From: Mustelus asterias
Lineage: Eukaryota
Assembly: GCF_964213995.1 (NCBI RefSeq)
Contig: NC_135830.1
Location: 13,640,001-13,704,000 of the forward strand
DNA length: 64,000 nucleotides
Reading direction: 5' to 3'
Shown here in pieces: positions 1-11,749 of the stretch. The notes below the pieces were generated by a model that was not told the origin of the DNA, did no database searches, and saw only the letters and a list, made by a program, of their open reading frames with translations. Within the stretch, counting starts at the first letter, position 1. Each line of letters opens with the position of its first letter. The position numbers were made by a program, and so were the translations under genes.

Positions 1-682
1 CTCAAAATGTTAACTCTCTGAACAGATGCAGCCGGACCTGCCGGGTTTTTCTGCTTTTCTCCCTGTTTTTCCTTCTATAATCAATCAGAAACTCTCCCTG
101 ATTTTGAACATCTCGATTAAATAGGAACACACAGAGCCTGAGAAAGATACAGAGGAAGGGAGAGACAGAAAGACTGAGAGAAAAATTGAGAAAGATTTTA
201 AAAAGCAGAAAGATGAGGTGGCCAAAAATAAAAGTTGAGAAACAGAAGAAACAAGCAATACAGAGGCCCACACTTCGCGGACACGCCCTCAAACCACCCC
301 GGCAGACGCCCCCCCCCCCCCCCCCCGGGTTCGGATCCCTGGGAGGCAGCCCCGCCCCCTCCCCCATCGGACCCCTCTGGCAGGCAGGTCCCCCGGCAGA
401 GCACACCCCTAACCTACCTCGATCGTGGTCTCCCTCCACCATCCTTCCCGCTCGCCTTCAGTCCTTCGACAGCCTGCAGCACGTTCCTGGACACTAACTT
501 CGAGCCACGGCTGTAGTGAACGGGCTTCACACAGGTCCGCTGGCGTCTGCCGGAGGAGGGGGGGGCGGGCCCATTTGGAACCCTGGTGGGGAGGGTGGGA
601 TGAGGAGAGGGAGTGGGATGAGGAGAGGCCCACGTCGCCCTCTTGGGCGGGGGGGGGGGGGGGGGCTGGTGGGAGTGGAGGC

Positions 683-1540
683 GGTGTGACGTCTCATCCC
701 CTGGGTGGTTGGGGGGGGAGGAGGTGTGACGTCTCATCCTCTTGTGGGGGGGGAAGTAGGAGGGGGTGCGATGTCTCATCCTCTGGGTGGTGGGTGGGAG
801 GGGGTGTGACGTCTCATCCTCTCGGGGGGGAGGTGGGAGGGGAGGGGGTGTGAAGTCTCATCATCTGGGTGTTGGGGGGAGTGGATGTGGCGTCTCATCC
901 TCTGGGGGGGTGGGAGGGGAGGGGGTGTGACGTCTCATCCTCTGGGTGGTGGGGGTGGAGGGGATGTGACGTATCATCCCCAGGGGGTGTGGAGTGGGGG
1001 TGTGACGTATCATCCTCTGGTCGGGGCGGGGGGAGGGGGGGGGGCGGCCGATCCCTCCTGGCACCATCACTGGTAGACTACCAGCCACAGCCATTTCTCC
1101 CGCTCTCTCGCACCTGCAGGGAAGAGTAATCTGTGGCTGGTAGTGCACCAGTGATAGTGCCAGGAGGGATCGGCTGCAGACAGGCAGCGGAGCACCCCCC
1201 CCCCCCCCCACCCCGCCCGCGACCAGAGGATGATACGTCACACCTCCCCCCCCCCCCCCCCCCCAGGGGATCGTACGTCACACCCCCTCCCCTCCCAATC
1301 CCCAGGGGATGATAAGTCATACTCCCTCCCCTCCCACCCCACCAGAGGATCAGACGTCACACACCCCCTCCCCTCCCCCCCCGCACCCCAGGGAATGAGA
1401 CGTCACACCCCCTCCCCTCCCACCACCCCAGGGGATGATGTCACACCCCCTCCCCTCCCGCCCTCCCCATTGGATGATACTTCACACCCCCTCCCCGCCT
1501 CCCCTCCTACCCCCCCCCCCCCGCCCCACCAGAGGATGAA
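683..1540. repeat. G/C-rich ~38-bp minisatellite arranged as a large imperfect inverted repeat around a central hairpin
   Basis: About 9 units of GGTGTGACGT(C/A)TCATCCTCTGG+G-runs (683-1030) and about 8 reverse-complement units (1211-1540). Central arms 1047-1090 and 1131-1174 pair at 41/44. Confidence 0.9.
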
Positions 1541-1704
1541 CGGCAGAGAGGCTCTCACCATCTCTGCATTTTCTTCGCGCCCAGGCGCGTTCTGTCAGAT
1601 TTTTCCGAACTGCGCAAGCGCCTATCGTTCCGGCGGTGCTAATCCCCGCCCACTGGACCGGCGCCGGAAAAATGCGCATGGGCGCGCTGGAGCGCGGTCT
1701 CCGG

Positions 1705-2023
1705 GCTCGGGTTTATTTGACGCTTGCACCCGGCACTTCGTCTATAAATGGTGAGATCGGGCCCAATGTCTTTAATGCTAGTTCCAAGCCACTCTACTGC
1801 ACCTCTGCGTCTTGGACACCGCCGGGCTCAAAAGGCCGGGAGGTCATATCGATTGGCCGGAGCAGTGTGGAATCGGTCAAAAAAAGAGAACATGTATTTT
1901 CTTTGCGTATCAAGAATCTAAAAGTTGAAGACAGTGGCGCGCGTTGCTGCAGACCGTGTACAAATTCATGGCTCATGAACCCCGAGCACTGTGGAGGTGG
2001 CACCTTGTTGATTGTGATTAATG
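1705..2023 (+). pseudogene. Degenerate, pre-joined (V-D-J fused) IgNAR/NAR-TCR-type V domain exon
   Basis: Translation ARV...PLYCTS..TPPGSKGREVISIGRSSVESVKKREHVFSLRIKNLKVEDSGARCC-RPCTNSWLMNPEH-CGGGTLLIVIN follows the VNAR framework (short strand lacking CDR2, FSLRI.DL.VEDSG..C, GGGT J motif). A phase-1 donor G|GTAATT follows at 2024. The first Cys and the conserved Trp are lost. Confidence 0.75.
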
Positions 2024-2745
2024 GTAATTGAACTATTTTGTTACGGTTTAGCTCATGTGTTATCCGCACAAGATTGTTCATGATTAGTCTTTTCCATAAT
2101 CTTGCTTTTATTTGCTAAACCCGAAGGTTGGTTTGCTGAAGGACATTTAATTTAAAATTCTCAGAAAGTGGAATATTAAAGTCTGAGGAAATTTCAGCAA
2201 ATTTCACCACAATCGCATTGCAGACGATGCAACAAATGATGCTCCTGGCGTCATTGCATCAGCCCAAGGAACAATTGCTCAATAATACAAAGCGCTCAGA
2301 GGCAGAGAGCCCAGAGATGGAAGGGAGTCCACCAACTGGTGTCATTCACTCACTCATCTGTCCCACTTTAAACAAGAGTTGGGACAGCGGGAATACAGTG
2401 TGAACCGTTGCACCATAGAACTGACAGCACTCTAACCTAAGACATTATACCTTTCCCCACAACAAAACACACGTACACAACTGCTCGATAATTGCCAGCC
2501 TCCAGTCGAATAGTTGTTGTTTTGTGACAACAACTTCTCCCTTCTTTCAAAAGGGGAGTTAAAGAGTAGCGACAAGCTGAAGAAAAGCATTGATGTTGCA
2601 AGGATCTGTCGCCAGAGGCTCAGCAATGTGAATTGTAATAGCAGTTGAACTGGCTGAAAGATTGTCCTCCCGATTCGTACTCTGTGAGCAATGTAAACAA
2701 AATGTCCTTCAACAAATCAATCCTCAGCAAAAGCAAGAAAAAGCA

Positions 2746-2810
2746 AGGATCTGCCTAAATTTAAACTCGGTTCGCTGGGTTCAGAGAGCTCATCATTCGA
2801 CCAAAGAACC
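2746..2810 (-). pseudogene. tRNA-Gln pseudogene
   Basis: Degenerate match to the reverse complement of vertebrate tRNA-Gln, with an internal deletion. Confidence 0.65.
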
Positions 2811-2916
2811 TGGAACATAGCAACCACCTGCAAATGGTCACACAAATCAATTGACTCACTTGTTGTTGCTGCCACATTGAATGAAAGAGATCACATGCAT
2901 TGGCTGCAGTGTTCTT

Positions 2917-2988
2917 TGTTCTGTGGTGTAATGGTGAGCACTCGGGAATCCGAATCCTATGCTCGAAGTTCAGATCTCAGTGAAACAT
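2917..2988 (+). pseudogene. tRNA-Gln pseudogene
   Basis: TGGTGTAATGGTGAGCACTC...GTTCAGATCTCAGTGAAAC; stems and anticodon mutated. Confidence 0.75.
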
Positions 2989-3142
2989 TTTATTTTCCTT
3001 GTTAAAGCTGATGATTGATTTGCTGAAGGCCATTTATGTAAAATTCTCAGGAAGTGGAATTTTAAACTGAGGAAATTTCAGCAAATTCCACTCCAATAAC
3101 ATTGCAGACGATGCAGCGAATGACTCTCCTGGCGTTATTTCT

Positions 3143-3700
3143 TCCGGGTGCTCCGGTTTCCTCCCACAGTCCAAAGATCATAGAAGAAATCATAGAAACC
3201 CTACAGTGCAGAAGGAGGCCATTCGGCCCATCGAGTCTGCACCGACCACAATCCCACCCTGGCCCTACTCCCATGTTCCTACACATATTACCCGCTAATC
3301 CCTCTAACCTATGCATCTCAGGACACTAAGGGGCAATTTTTTAGCATGGCCAATCAACCTAACCCGCACATCTTTGGACTGTGGGAGGAAACCGGAGCAC
3401 CCGGAGGAAACCCACGCAGACACGAGGAGAATGTGCAAACTCCACACAGACAGTGACCCGAGCCGGGAATCGAACCCGGGAACCTGGAGCTGTGAAGCAG
3501 CAGTGCTAACCACTGTGCTACCGTGCCGCCCACAGTGTGCGGGTTAGGTTGATTTGCCATTCTAAAATTGCCCCTTAGTGTCCTGAGATGCGTAGGTTAG
3601 AGGGGTTAGTGGGTAAATTTATGGGGGTCGGGCCTGGGTGGGATTGTGGTCGGTGCAGACTCGATGGGCCAAATGGCCTCTTCCTGCACTGTACGGTTCT
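3143..3700. mobile_element. HE1-type tRNA-derived SINE (minus, 3179-3530) nested inside a plus-strand copy of the same SINE
   Basis: Full reverse-complement copy of the SINE seen at 36170-36510, flanked by the two halves of a plus-strand copy (3143-3178 and 3531-3700). Confidence 0.85.
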
Positions 3701-3981
3701 GGAGGATGATTGCTCAAGAATAAAAGAGCTCCACGGCAGAGAAACCACAGAGAGCAGGGGTCCCCTACTGGTGTCCCAATCTCAATAAGCGATGGAACGA
3801 TGAGGATAGTGGTTTCACCCGAAACCAGAATTGAACCGCGGTGCCTGACACTGTGAGGCAGCAATGCTAACCATTGTGCCACAATGCCAGAAAAGCTAGA
3901 GAGGGTGGGAGTTGACCCTACTGGTGTCATTCACTGAGTCACATTTCCCAATTTAAACACGAGTTGGGACGATAATAACCC

Positions 3982-4053
3982 TAGTTCCACCGAGATTCAA
4001 ACTCGGATTGCTGGATACAAAGTGCAGAGTGCTAACCGTCACAGAATGGAATC
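3982..4053 (-). pseudogene. tRNA-Gln(TTG) pseudogene
   Basis: Full-length degenerate match with a TTG anticodon. Confidence 0.8.
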
Positions 4054-4098
4054 GACATGGCCCGTGCCTAAACCACGAGGCATTTCTCCCAAAACATG

Positions 4099-4131
<33 letters not shown>

Positions 4132-4395
4132 TTGCTCAATTATAGCCAGGCTCCTGTCGAGTGGTTGTTGTTGTTTGACACCAACTGCTTCTTTCTTTCA
4201 ACAGAGGGGTTAACGTGTAGTGAAAAGTTGGAGAATCATTGATATTGCAGTTATCTGGCACCAGAGGCTCAGCAATGTAAATTGTAAAGGCAATTGAACT
4301 GGCTGACAAATTGTCCTCTCTATTTGTACTGTGTGAGAAAATTTGACGAAATCTTCATCAGCAAATCAGACATCAACATTGGCAAAAAAAAAACA

Positions 4396-4467
4396 AGGTT
4401 CCGCGGAGACTTAAACACGGATCACTAGATTCAAAGTTCAGAATGCTCACAGTTACATCACAGAACC
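4396..4467 (-). pseudogene. tRNA-Gln(TTG) pseudogene
   Basis: Full-length degenerate match followed by a T-run terminator on the minus strand. Confidence 0.75.
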
Positions 4468-5050
4468 CAACAGCAAATGACCACTCAAAGCATTTTACCT
4501 CTTTCATTCAATGTGGCAGAAACAGTAAGTGTGACAACATTGATGGATCCCAAGAATTTTGCTATGATTGATCCTAAATTGGTTGAGTGACAGGGAACAG
4601 AGGGTGATATTCCAGGGCAGTTTTTCAGACTGGAAGCCAATGTCCAGATGGTCACAAAGGGATGACTGCTGGGGCCCTTGCATCTGTGAGTTATATGAAT
4701 GGTTTAGATTTTTATTGTAGGAGGCTTCATCAGTAAGTTTGCAGATGATACAAATATTGGCGAGCTGGTTGCTTGGCCGGTGCAGACGCGAAGGGCCGAT
4801 GGGCCGCATCTGTATGACACTAATGCAGGGCATTTGACCCTTTGAGACATGGCTATTTCTTCTGATATCTCCCGATACGGCTTGGGAAGAAATGTTTTGC
4901 TGTGGATTTGGGGGGCAGTTTCTTGAGAGTTTTTTGCGCATGTCAATGGTGGCGCATAACAACATGTTGCCGCACTTGCTGTTGCTGCAACATTGAATGA
5001 AAGAGGTCAAATTGTTTGATTCCCCATTTCCAGCTGACTCCTGCGTTTTG

Positions 5051-5122
5051 GGTTCTGCGGTGAATTGGTAAGCAGTCTTACCTCGGAATCCAACGATCCG
5101 ACTTCAAATTCCCATTCAACTT
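5051..5122 (+). pseudogene. tRNA-Gln pseudogene
   Basis: Paralog of 2917-2988 in a duplicated cassette; heavily mutated. Confidence 0.6.
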
Positions 5123-5307
5123 TGGTTTTCTTTGCTAAATTTGTTTGCTAAAGGTTTTTTTTAATCCTCAGAAAGTAGAAATATAAGCACTCAGGAAACT
5201 TCAGGAAATTCCTCTATTGTTCGTCATTTATCGAAATGACATAGATGACTATGTGATGTGGTCGGGGGGGCGGGGGGGGGGGGGGGGGGGGACAGCGGTA
5301 CGCGTAG

Positions 5308-6253
5308 AATCAGTCGGTTTGCCGATTACAGAAAGATTTGGCCAGTGATTAACAGTGTGTTTGAGTGTCTTGAGTTACAGGAAGATATAGACGAGGTGGT
5401 CAAATGCTCAGATAAGTGGAAGATGGAATTTAACACTGAAAAGTGTAAGGTGATATACTTTGGGAGGAGTGATTTGACAAGGAAGTATGCTATGAAAGAA
5501 ATGCCGCCAGGGAGTTCGGAAGAACAAAGGGACCTTGGCGTGTTTGTCCATAGATCTCTGAAGGCAGAAAGGCAGGTTAATAGGTGGCGAAAAAGTAGGA
5601 GACACACTCGCCTTTATCAGTCGGGGTTTCGATTACAAAAGCAGAGAGGTCATGATGGAGTTGTATAGAGCTTTGGCGAGGCCACATCTGGAGTACCATC
5701 TGCTGTTCTGGTCGCTACATTATACGAAGGACGTGAACGCACTGGAAGGTGTGCAGTAGATTCACCAGAATGTTGTCTGGGATGGAACATTTAAGTTCAA
5801 AAGAAGGTCGGATCGGTTTGGATTGTTTTCAGTGGAGCAGAGAATATGGGCGACCTGATTGGGATGTTCACGATTATGAGGGGCATGGGCAGGATGGATA
5901 GGGAGCAGCTGTTCCCCTTTGTTGAAGGGTCAGTAATGAGGGGATACAATCTAAAAGTGAGGAGCGGGAGGTTTGGGGGGAGGGATGTGAGGAAAAACAT
6001 TTTTTTAATTCAGAGTGTGGTAACAGTGTGGAATGCACTGCCTGGGAGGGTGGTAGAGGTGGGATCCCTCACATCCTTTAAAAAGAGCTGGATTTTTTTT
6101 TTCTTGGCAAGCCAAAACATCCAAGTCTATGGGACAATTGCTGGCAAATGGGATTAGGTGGGCAGGTCAGGGCCTTTCATGCGTCGCTGCAGACTCGATG
6201 AGCCGAAAGGCCACTTCGACACTGTAATACTCTGTGATTCCGTGAATCTGTGA
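5308..6253 (+). mobile_element. 5'-truncated CR1 LINE (RT C-terminal part), degenerate
   Basis: W.MEFN..KC.V..FGR and QRDLGV motifs; short-repeat 3' tail. Confidence 0.9.
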
Positions 6254-7816
6254 ATCACATTGCAGGCGATGCAGCTAATGACTCTCCTGGCATCTCTGCA
6301 TCAGCCCAAGAGGACAATGGCTAATTCGTTAAAAATGCTCAGAGGTAGAGAAGCCACAGATGGCAGTGGGTCCTCTTACAGCTGTCTTTCAATCACTCGT
6401 CTATTCCAATTTAAACAAGAGGTGCGAAGACGAGAACAACACTGCCTGCAATCAATGTGCAGCGATCTCACCGTTACATCATGGAACTGATGGAGGTCAG
6501 GAACAGGGCAACAAGATCTTTCTCGCAAAATACATCCATACATACAAACACACATTGGCTCAATAATCGCCAGACCCGAGGCCCGCGTTCGATTCCCAGT
6601 CAGGGACTAACAATTGACTGCTCTCATGCAGCACAGGAATTTAGAAGAGCTGGAATTACATCCGATCGATACCAGGAGAGATCTTTGTGCTAGTTTGAAC
6701 AGCAGGGAGAAAAGTTAGCCCCATTTCTCAATTACCCACAGCAATTCATATTGCTATTGTCCTTGTTGCTTCCTCCTTTCAAAATAAGTATGTTGCCTTC
6801 TGCTGCATTAACTGTAACTGGAGCTGACCATATTCAAGGAGCAATGTTAGCATCAACCTGTTGGAAAGCTTATTGTGATGCATCTGTTGAACAACATTAG
6901 ATTTTCACTTCTCTGTTTTCGTCACACTGGACGTAATGTCAAAAGATGAACAAGATCAAATTGTAACAACGTGCACAAGACTGGAAGGAGTGTGTGATTG
7001 TGTATAATTGGCACTGTGCACGTTCCTGTAATCAGTGTCTTGGAGAATCAGGAAGATGAGATTCTGCTGGTCTAATGATTAGGGTTCAGTGCTTTCAGGG
7101 TCAAAGATTGGCTTCGATATACTAAGATTTAATGTTTTGGATAACCTGTTAATCAAAAGTGAATTGGTTCCTGAGTGAAAACAGCTCTGCCCGAATCAGT
7201 GATGTGAGATTTGTAGTTCTGTGTCTGAGTGGCATTTCGCCACTTGGGACACAGGTCATTAACAAGCAGGGAAAGAGAAGGACAGTTATAGACTTCAAAA
7301 AGCTGATGGTAAAGATGGTAATGCTTGGAAAAATCTGGGTGGCAATGGTGCAAACTCACAAATAGAGAGGGTGGTGGTTGTCTGGAACTTGCCACCGGGG
7401 GAGGTAGCGGAAGCAGATACGCTAGTGACTTTTAAGGGATGCCTTGACAAACACATGAATAGCATGGGAATAGAGGGATATGTTCCCCAGAAGGGCAGGG
7501 GGCTTTAGTTCAGACGGGCAGCATTGTTGGTAGGCTTGAAAGGCCGAAGAGACTGTTCCTGTCCTCTAGTTTTCTTTGTTCTTCCTTAAATATCACCTTG
7601 TTCTTCCTTAATTATCACCTAGATGTGGATTCAAGTCTCAGCCAAATGATAAGAAAACTTCTCGGTGAATGAAACACTAAACTCTCCGACTCCATAGAGA
7701 AACCAGTAATTGTGAGAGAATGCGGGATAGAAACTATCCCCTCGAGCTTCCTCCACGGTGGACCAAGAACATGACGGACCTAAGCGCAGACTGCTAACTG
7801 AGGGGCCTTAGACTCT

Positions 7817-8622
7817 TAACTAAGAGCCCAGTGGTCGAACATCTGACTGACGATCAAGCGATCCCCGTTTGGTAATGGTAATGGTAACATACTTGGTAGT
7901 GTGGATGAACAGAGGGAGCTGGGTGTCCACGTGCATAGATCCCTGAAAGTTGGCACCCAGGTTGATAGGGTTGTTAAGAAGGCGTACGGTGTGTTAGCTT
8001 TTATTGGTAGAGGGATTGAGTTTCGGAGCCAGGAGCGCATGCTGCAACTGTACAAAACTTTGGTGCGGCCGCTTTTGGAGTATTGCATACAGTTCTGATC
8101 GCCGTATTATAGGAAAGATGTGGAAGTGTTGGAAAGGGTGCAGAAGAGATTTACCAGGATGTTGCCTGGTATGGTGGGAAGATCGTATGAGGAAAGGCTG
8201 AGGGGCTTGAGGTTGTTTTCGTTAGAGAGAAGAAGGTTAAGAGGTGACTTAATGGAGGCATACAAGATGATCAAAGGATTAGATAGGGTGGATAGTGAGA
8301 GCCTTTTTCCTCGGATGGTGTTCGCTAGCACGAGGGGACATAGCTTTAAATTGAGGGGTGAGAGATATAGGACAGATGTTAGAGGTAGGTTCTTTACTCA
8401 GACAGTAGTAAGGGCGTGGAATGCCCTGCCTGCAGCAGTGGTGGACTCGTCAACTTTGAGAGCGTTCAAGTGGTTATTGGATAAACATATGGATGATATT
8501 GGAATAGTGTAGATTAGAGGGGCTTTAGATTGGTACCACTGGTCGGCGCAACATCGAGGGCCGAAGGGCCTGTACTGCGCTGTAATGTTCGATGTTCTAT
8601 GTTTCAAATCCGCATGACCCAT
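7817..8622 (+). pseudogene. tRNA-Cys pseudogene split by a CR1 insertion (5' part 7817-7870, 3' part 8605-8622)
   Basis: AGCCCAGTGGTCGAACATCTGACTGACGATCAAGCGATCCCCGTTT | CAAATCCGCATGACCC. The downstream flank is the inverted paralog of the flank of tRNA-Cys at 61798-61869. Confidence 0.7.
7871..8600 (+). mobile_element. 5'-truncated CR1 LINE
   Basis: QRELGVHVHRSLK..LERVQKRFTRMLPG motifs, GTTCTAT tail, candidate TSD GTTT. Confidence 0.93.
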
Positions 8623-9016
8623 TCATTCATTTATTGCCACTTTTTTCCCACGTTTTCGTTCCTTTCGTTGCCTGGAAAGCGCGTTGTGACGTACAATGAT
8701 TGGGAAAAGCGCTATGTAAATGGAAGTCAGTCTTTCTTTAACGATCTTCAATCCCAATCTTCGGTTATTGACTTCAGTCAGTGGAAAGAGTTTGTCCCTA
8801 TCTGCCCGATCAAATGGTCTTTTTTTCCATATTAGGAGAAGGGGAATAACCACGACACCACAGCAAAATTGTGGTGGTGCAATAGGCAAAGGAGCTTATT
8901 TAGATTTTGTGTAGTCATGCGGGAGTTCTGGATTATGTTTTACGAGAAGAGAATAGGCGCTGGATATAAACAGCACCCGCTGATACGCTGATATAGGGTG
9001 GGTTCGAGTTATGTTA

Positions 9017-9090
9017 TTCTCTGTGGCCTAATTTGTCAGTGCGTTTGGCTGTTCACCGAAAAAGTGGTCGTTCAAAACCATCCACACAAG
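9017..9090 (+). pseudogene. tRNA-Asn(GTT) pseudogene
   Basis: TCTCTGTGGCCTAAT..GCGTTTGGCTGTTCACCGAAA..GTTCAAAACCA. Confidence 0.7.
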
Positions 9091-9974
9091 GCGTTTCACT
9101 TTTTAAAAACAATTACCGTTGATTGTCGCACAGTTTCGCTTGGGTCCTTGGGCAACAATAAAAATGTTTCTCAAGTGTTACCGGCTCGACTGATATCTGG
9201 TCTTACCAACATTATTTAGCTAATGAATATTCATTCATACATATTACATGCAATAATATGTTTATTTCAAATATGCTGTTAATGTTAAGAAATCCAATCA
9301 AATAAGAACGTTGGCTGAATGTGGTTGTGTGTCAGTCCTCCGAGGGGGTCCTCATCCTGAGATTGGACCCCAGTCTTTTAGATTTCCCGACCAGTGGAAA
9401 CAATACCTGAGAATACTGCTGGTTTCAGTGAGATCGCCTCTCATTTTTATTAACTCCAGGGAATTTCAGCCCAATTTACACAGCCTCCAATCCCAGGAGA
9501 AAACTCTCATCCCAGGGACCAATTTTGACATAGACAACCGAGTATCACAGTAATCACAAGCAATCGACATTCAGTAAGAGTTACGAGGTCGCTCGTGGAA
9601 AGAAAGATAACCACAAACTTTGCATGGTCGCAGGACACTTGATTGATGAAGTAGAACAGAAGTGGAGTTGACGCTATAATGTTATTAGCGGGAGAACTCA
9701 AAGCTGAAATTCCTGGACAGTGACGGTAAAATTGAAACTGACCTGCCAGCAAATGATACTACTTAATTCATAGTCACATTAAGGACAGCTGTCATTATAT
9801 TGGGATGTTTGTAACATGGGTACGAGGAAGAGACCCATCAGAAAATTGGGATAGTTGGAACTAAAGTAAAGGACGAATAGTCTTCAACGTGGAAGGCTAG
9901 CCTCATTAATAGAAGAAGGACACTTGTTAGAGACTTGGGGTCCTTATACCTATGTTATAAAAAAGAAACTTGTG

Positions 9975-10190
9975 GGCACAGTAAGAATTCTCACAACACC
10001 AGGTTAACGTAGAACATGATTATTTGGTAGCACGAGCTTTCGGAGCACTGCTCCTTCATCAGCCTCTCACCTGTTGAAGGATCAGAGCTCCGAAACCTCG
10101 TGCAAACAAAAGATCTGTTGGACTTTAAGCTGGTGTTGTGAGAGTTCTTACTGTGCCCACCCCAGTCCAACGACAACATCTCCACATCAA
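9975..10190. mobile_element. Fold-back pair of Penelope-type terminal repeats with hammerhead-like cores
   Basis: Inverted arms CACAGTAAGAATTCTCACAACACCAG / CTGGTGTTGTGAGAGTTCTTACTGTG. Related copies at 28180-28300 and 49525-49690. Confidence 0.6.
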
Positions 10191-10360
10191 GAAACTTGCG
10201 ATCACCTGATGAACTTTGAAAGGTTGTGATTACATTAGAGATAATAATTCTCAGACATTGACATGAATTAGAGAGTATCCATTTTTATTTTCAAGCCTGT
10301 GCTGTTAAGAGGTGAAACAATTGACTAATTTTAGTAAAGAATTATAACTATTGGACTGCA

Positions 10361-11271
10361 TTATTTTCTCGGAATAGTTAGTTTACTAATTCGGTTCAGT
10401 GGACATTGGAGAGCATTTTTCAATTCTTCTCTGAATTTCTTCTGGATGGCTGCGTAAATAAAGGTGTTGGTGCAGGAACTAAGAAGCTGCAGCATGTTCC
10501 CAGATTCCTGGAGAATGAATTTGGGATCACTGAAGCTTTTAATGTTATAATCGTTTGTGATTCGCACATTCAAGAACTGTATAACATATGTCATCCACAA
10601 CAGGATGAAACTGCCAGAGATTGTGAAGAGTAAAATGATGGACTTTCTCCGGCTCTCCATCTCAGGGTCAGTCTGATTCTTTCCGTCATTGTCTGTACGA
10701 AGTCTCCTCCTGGCTCTACTGGCTGCTAGAATATGTCTGACGGTCAGAGCGTTGAACAGGAGAATTAGAAGGAACGGAGCACACGGGGTCAATATACAAT
10801 CAAACCAGTCATATGCTGTCCATAGCAGTGAAGTATACCGGATATCCTTCAGTTTGCAATACCAGGGCACATTGTCAACCATGTAAATAGGCTCGTGAAT
10901 AAAGTACCAGGGGATATTGGTTAAAAAGCCCAGGGCACAGACTGTTCCTATCACAACAGCCGCAGTTTTCTCGGTGCAGTATTTTATTTTCAATTTCTGG
11001 CAGCATATTGCCACAAAGCGATCAAAGGTAAACGTGACTGTTAACCAGACAGCACTCACTCTGGCTGCGTAAGTTACGACTGTGCTCACACTACACAGCG
11101 GGGTGATGGACAAGAAGCTGCCTGGAAAATAAATGGCACTGATACGATTTAATATCACAGCGGTGATAATGACCAGTAGATCTGTCACATTCATGGAGAT
11201 AAGGTATCGAGTGATACATCTCGAAAGACCACATTTTCCTCTTGACAGGATCACAATCGCCACTAAATTAG
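10361..11271 (-). CDS. GPR139/GPR142-like class A GPCR, coding exon 2
   Basis: Open frame with hydrophobic TM segments, DRF and NTFIY motifs. Acceptor ...TTTAATGCAG|CT at 11272/11271. Confidence 0.9.
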
Positions 11272-11749
11272 CTGCATTAAACAGAAGGAGAATTAACTTA
11301 CATGCAAAAACCACAATAATATCATCACATTGACCAAAATGCATGGACTCTTATTTTCTGCATCTGAAGCGATTTTCTGGGTCTGAAGAAACAACAGCTG
11401 ATTTAATAATATGAAGATGGACGTTAGATGGAGGCAGACATCACGGATGGAAGAAGTATATTCTTAATCATCAAAATGGATTATCTGTTTATCAAGCATT
11501 GACTTCTCAATTACCATTACATTTTACCGTGCACGGTAATGAATTAATAAAGTTTCTATTTCCGAAATCAACCAATTAGTGGAGTCTGATGACATTTCAA
11601 CGGGTATGGAAAATATTGGTGTTGATGTTTCCATGAATGGAGTAATTCGCTTACGAGGGTTGATTGGAGAAACGTGTCGAAATATTTGTCAAATGTCAAA
11701 AATTCATTCGGGTTCTTCGGAGAGACGATCGGGAGAAAACTGCTCACGA

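Noticed and set aside
2-1540. Pro/Gly-rich ORFs
   Set aside because: By-products of G/C runs and the minisatellite.
1987-1993. CACTGTG as a J-RSS heptamer
   Set aside because: No nonamer 12 or 23 nt upstream, and it overlaps the codons immediately before GGGT.
11272-11344. ORF-track start MHFGQCDD.. for the GPCR
   Set aside because: Intronic read-through: a polypyrimidine tract and AG precede 11271, and a better first exon lies at 16401-16470.
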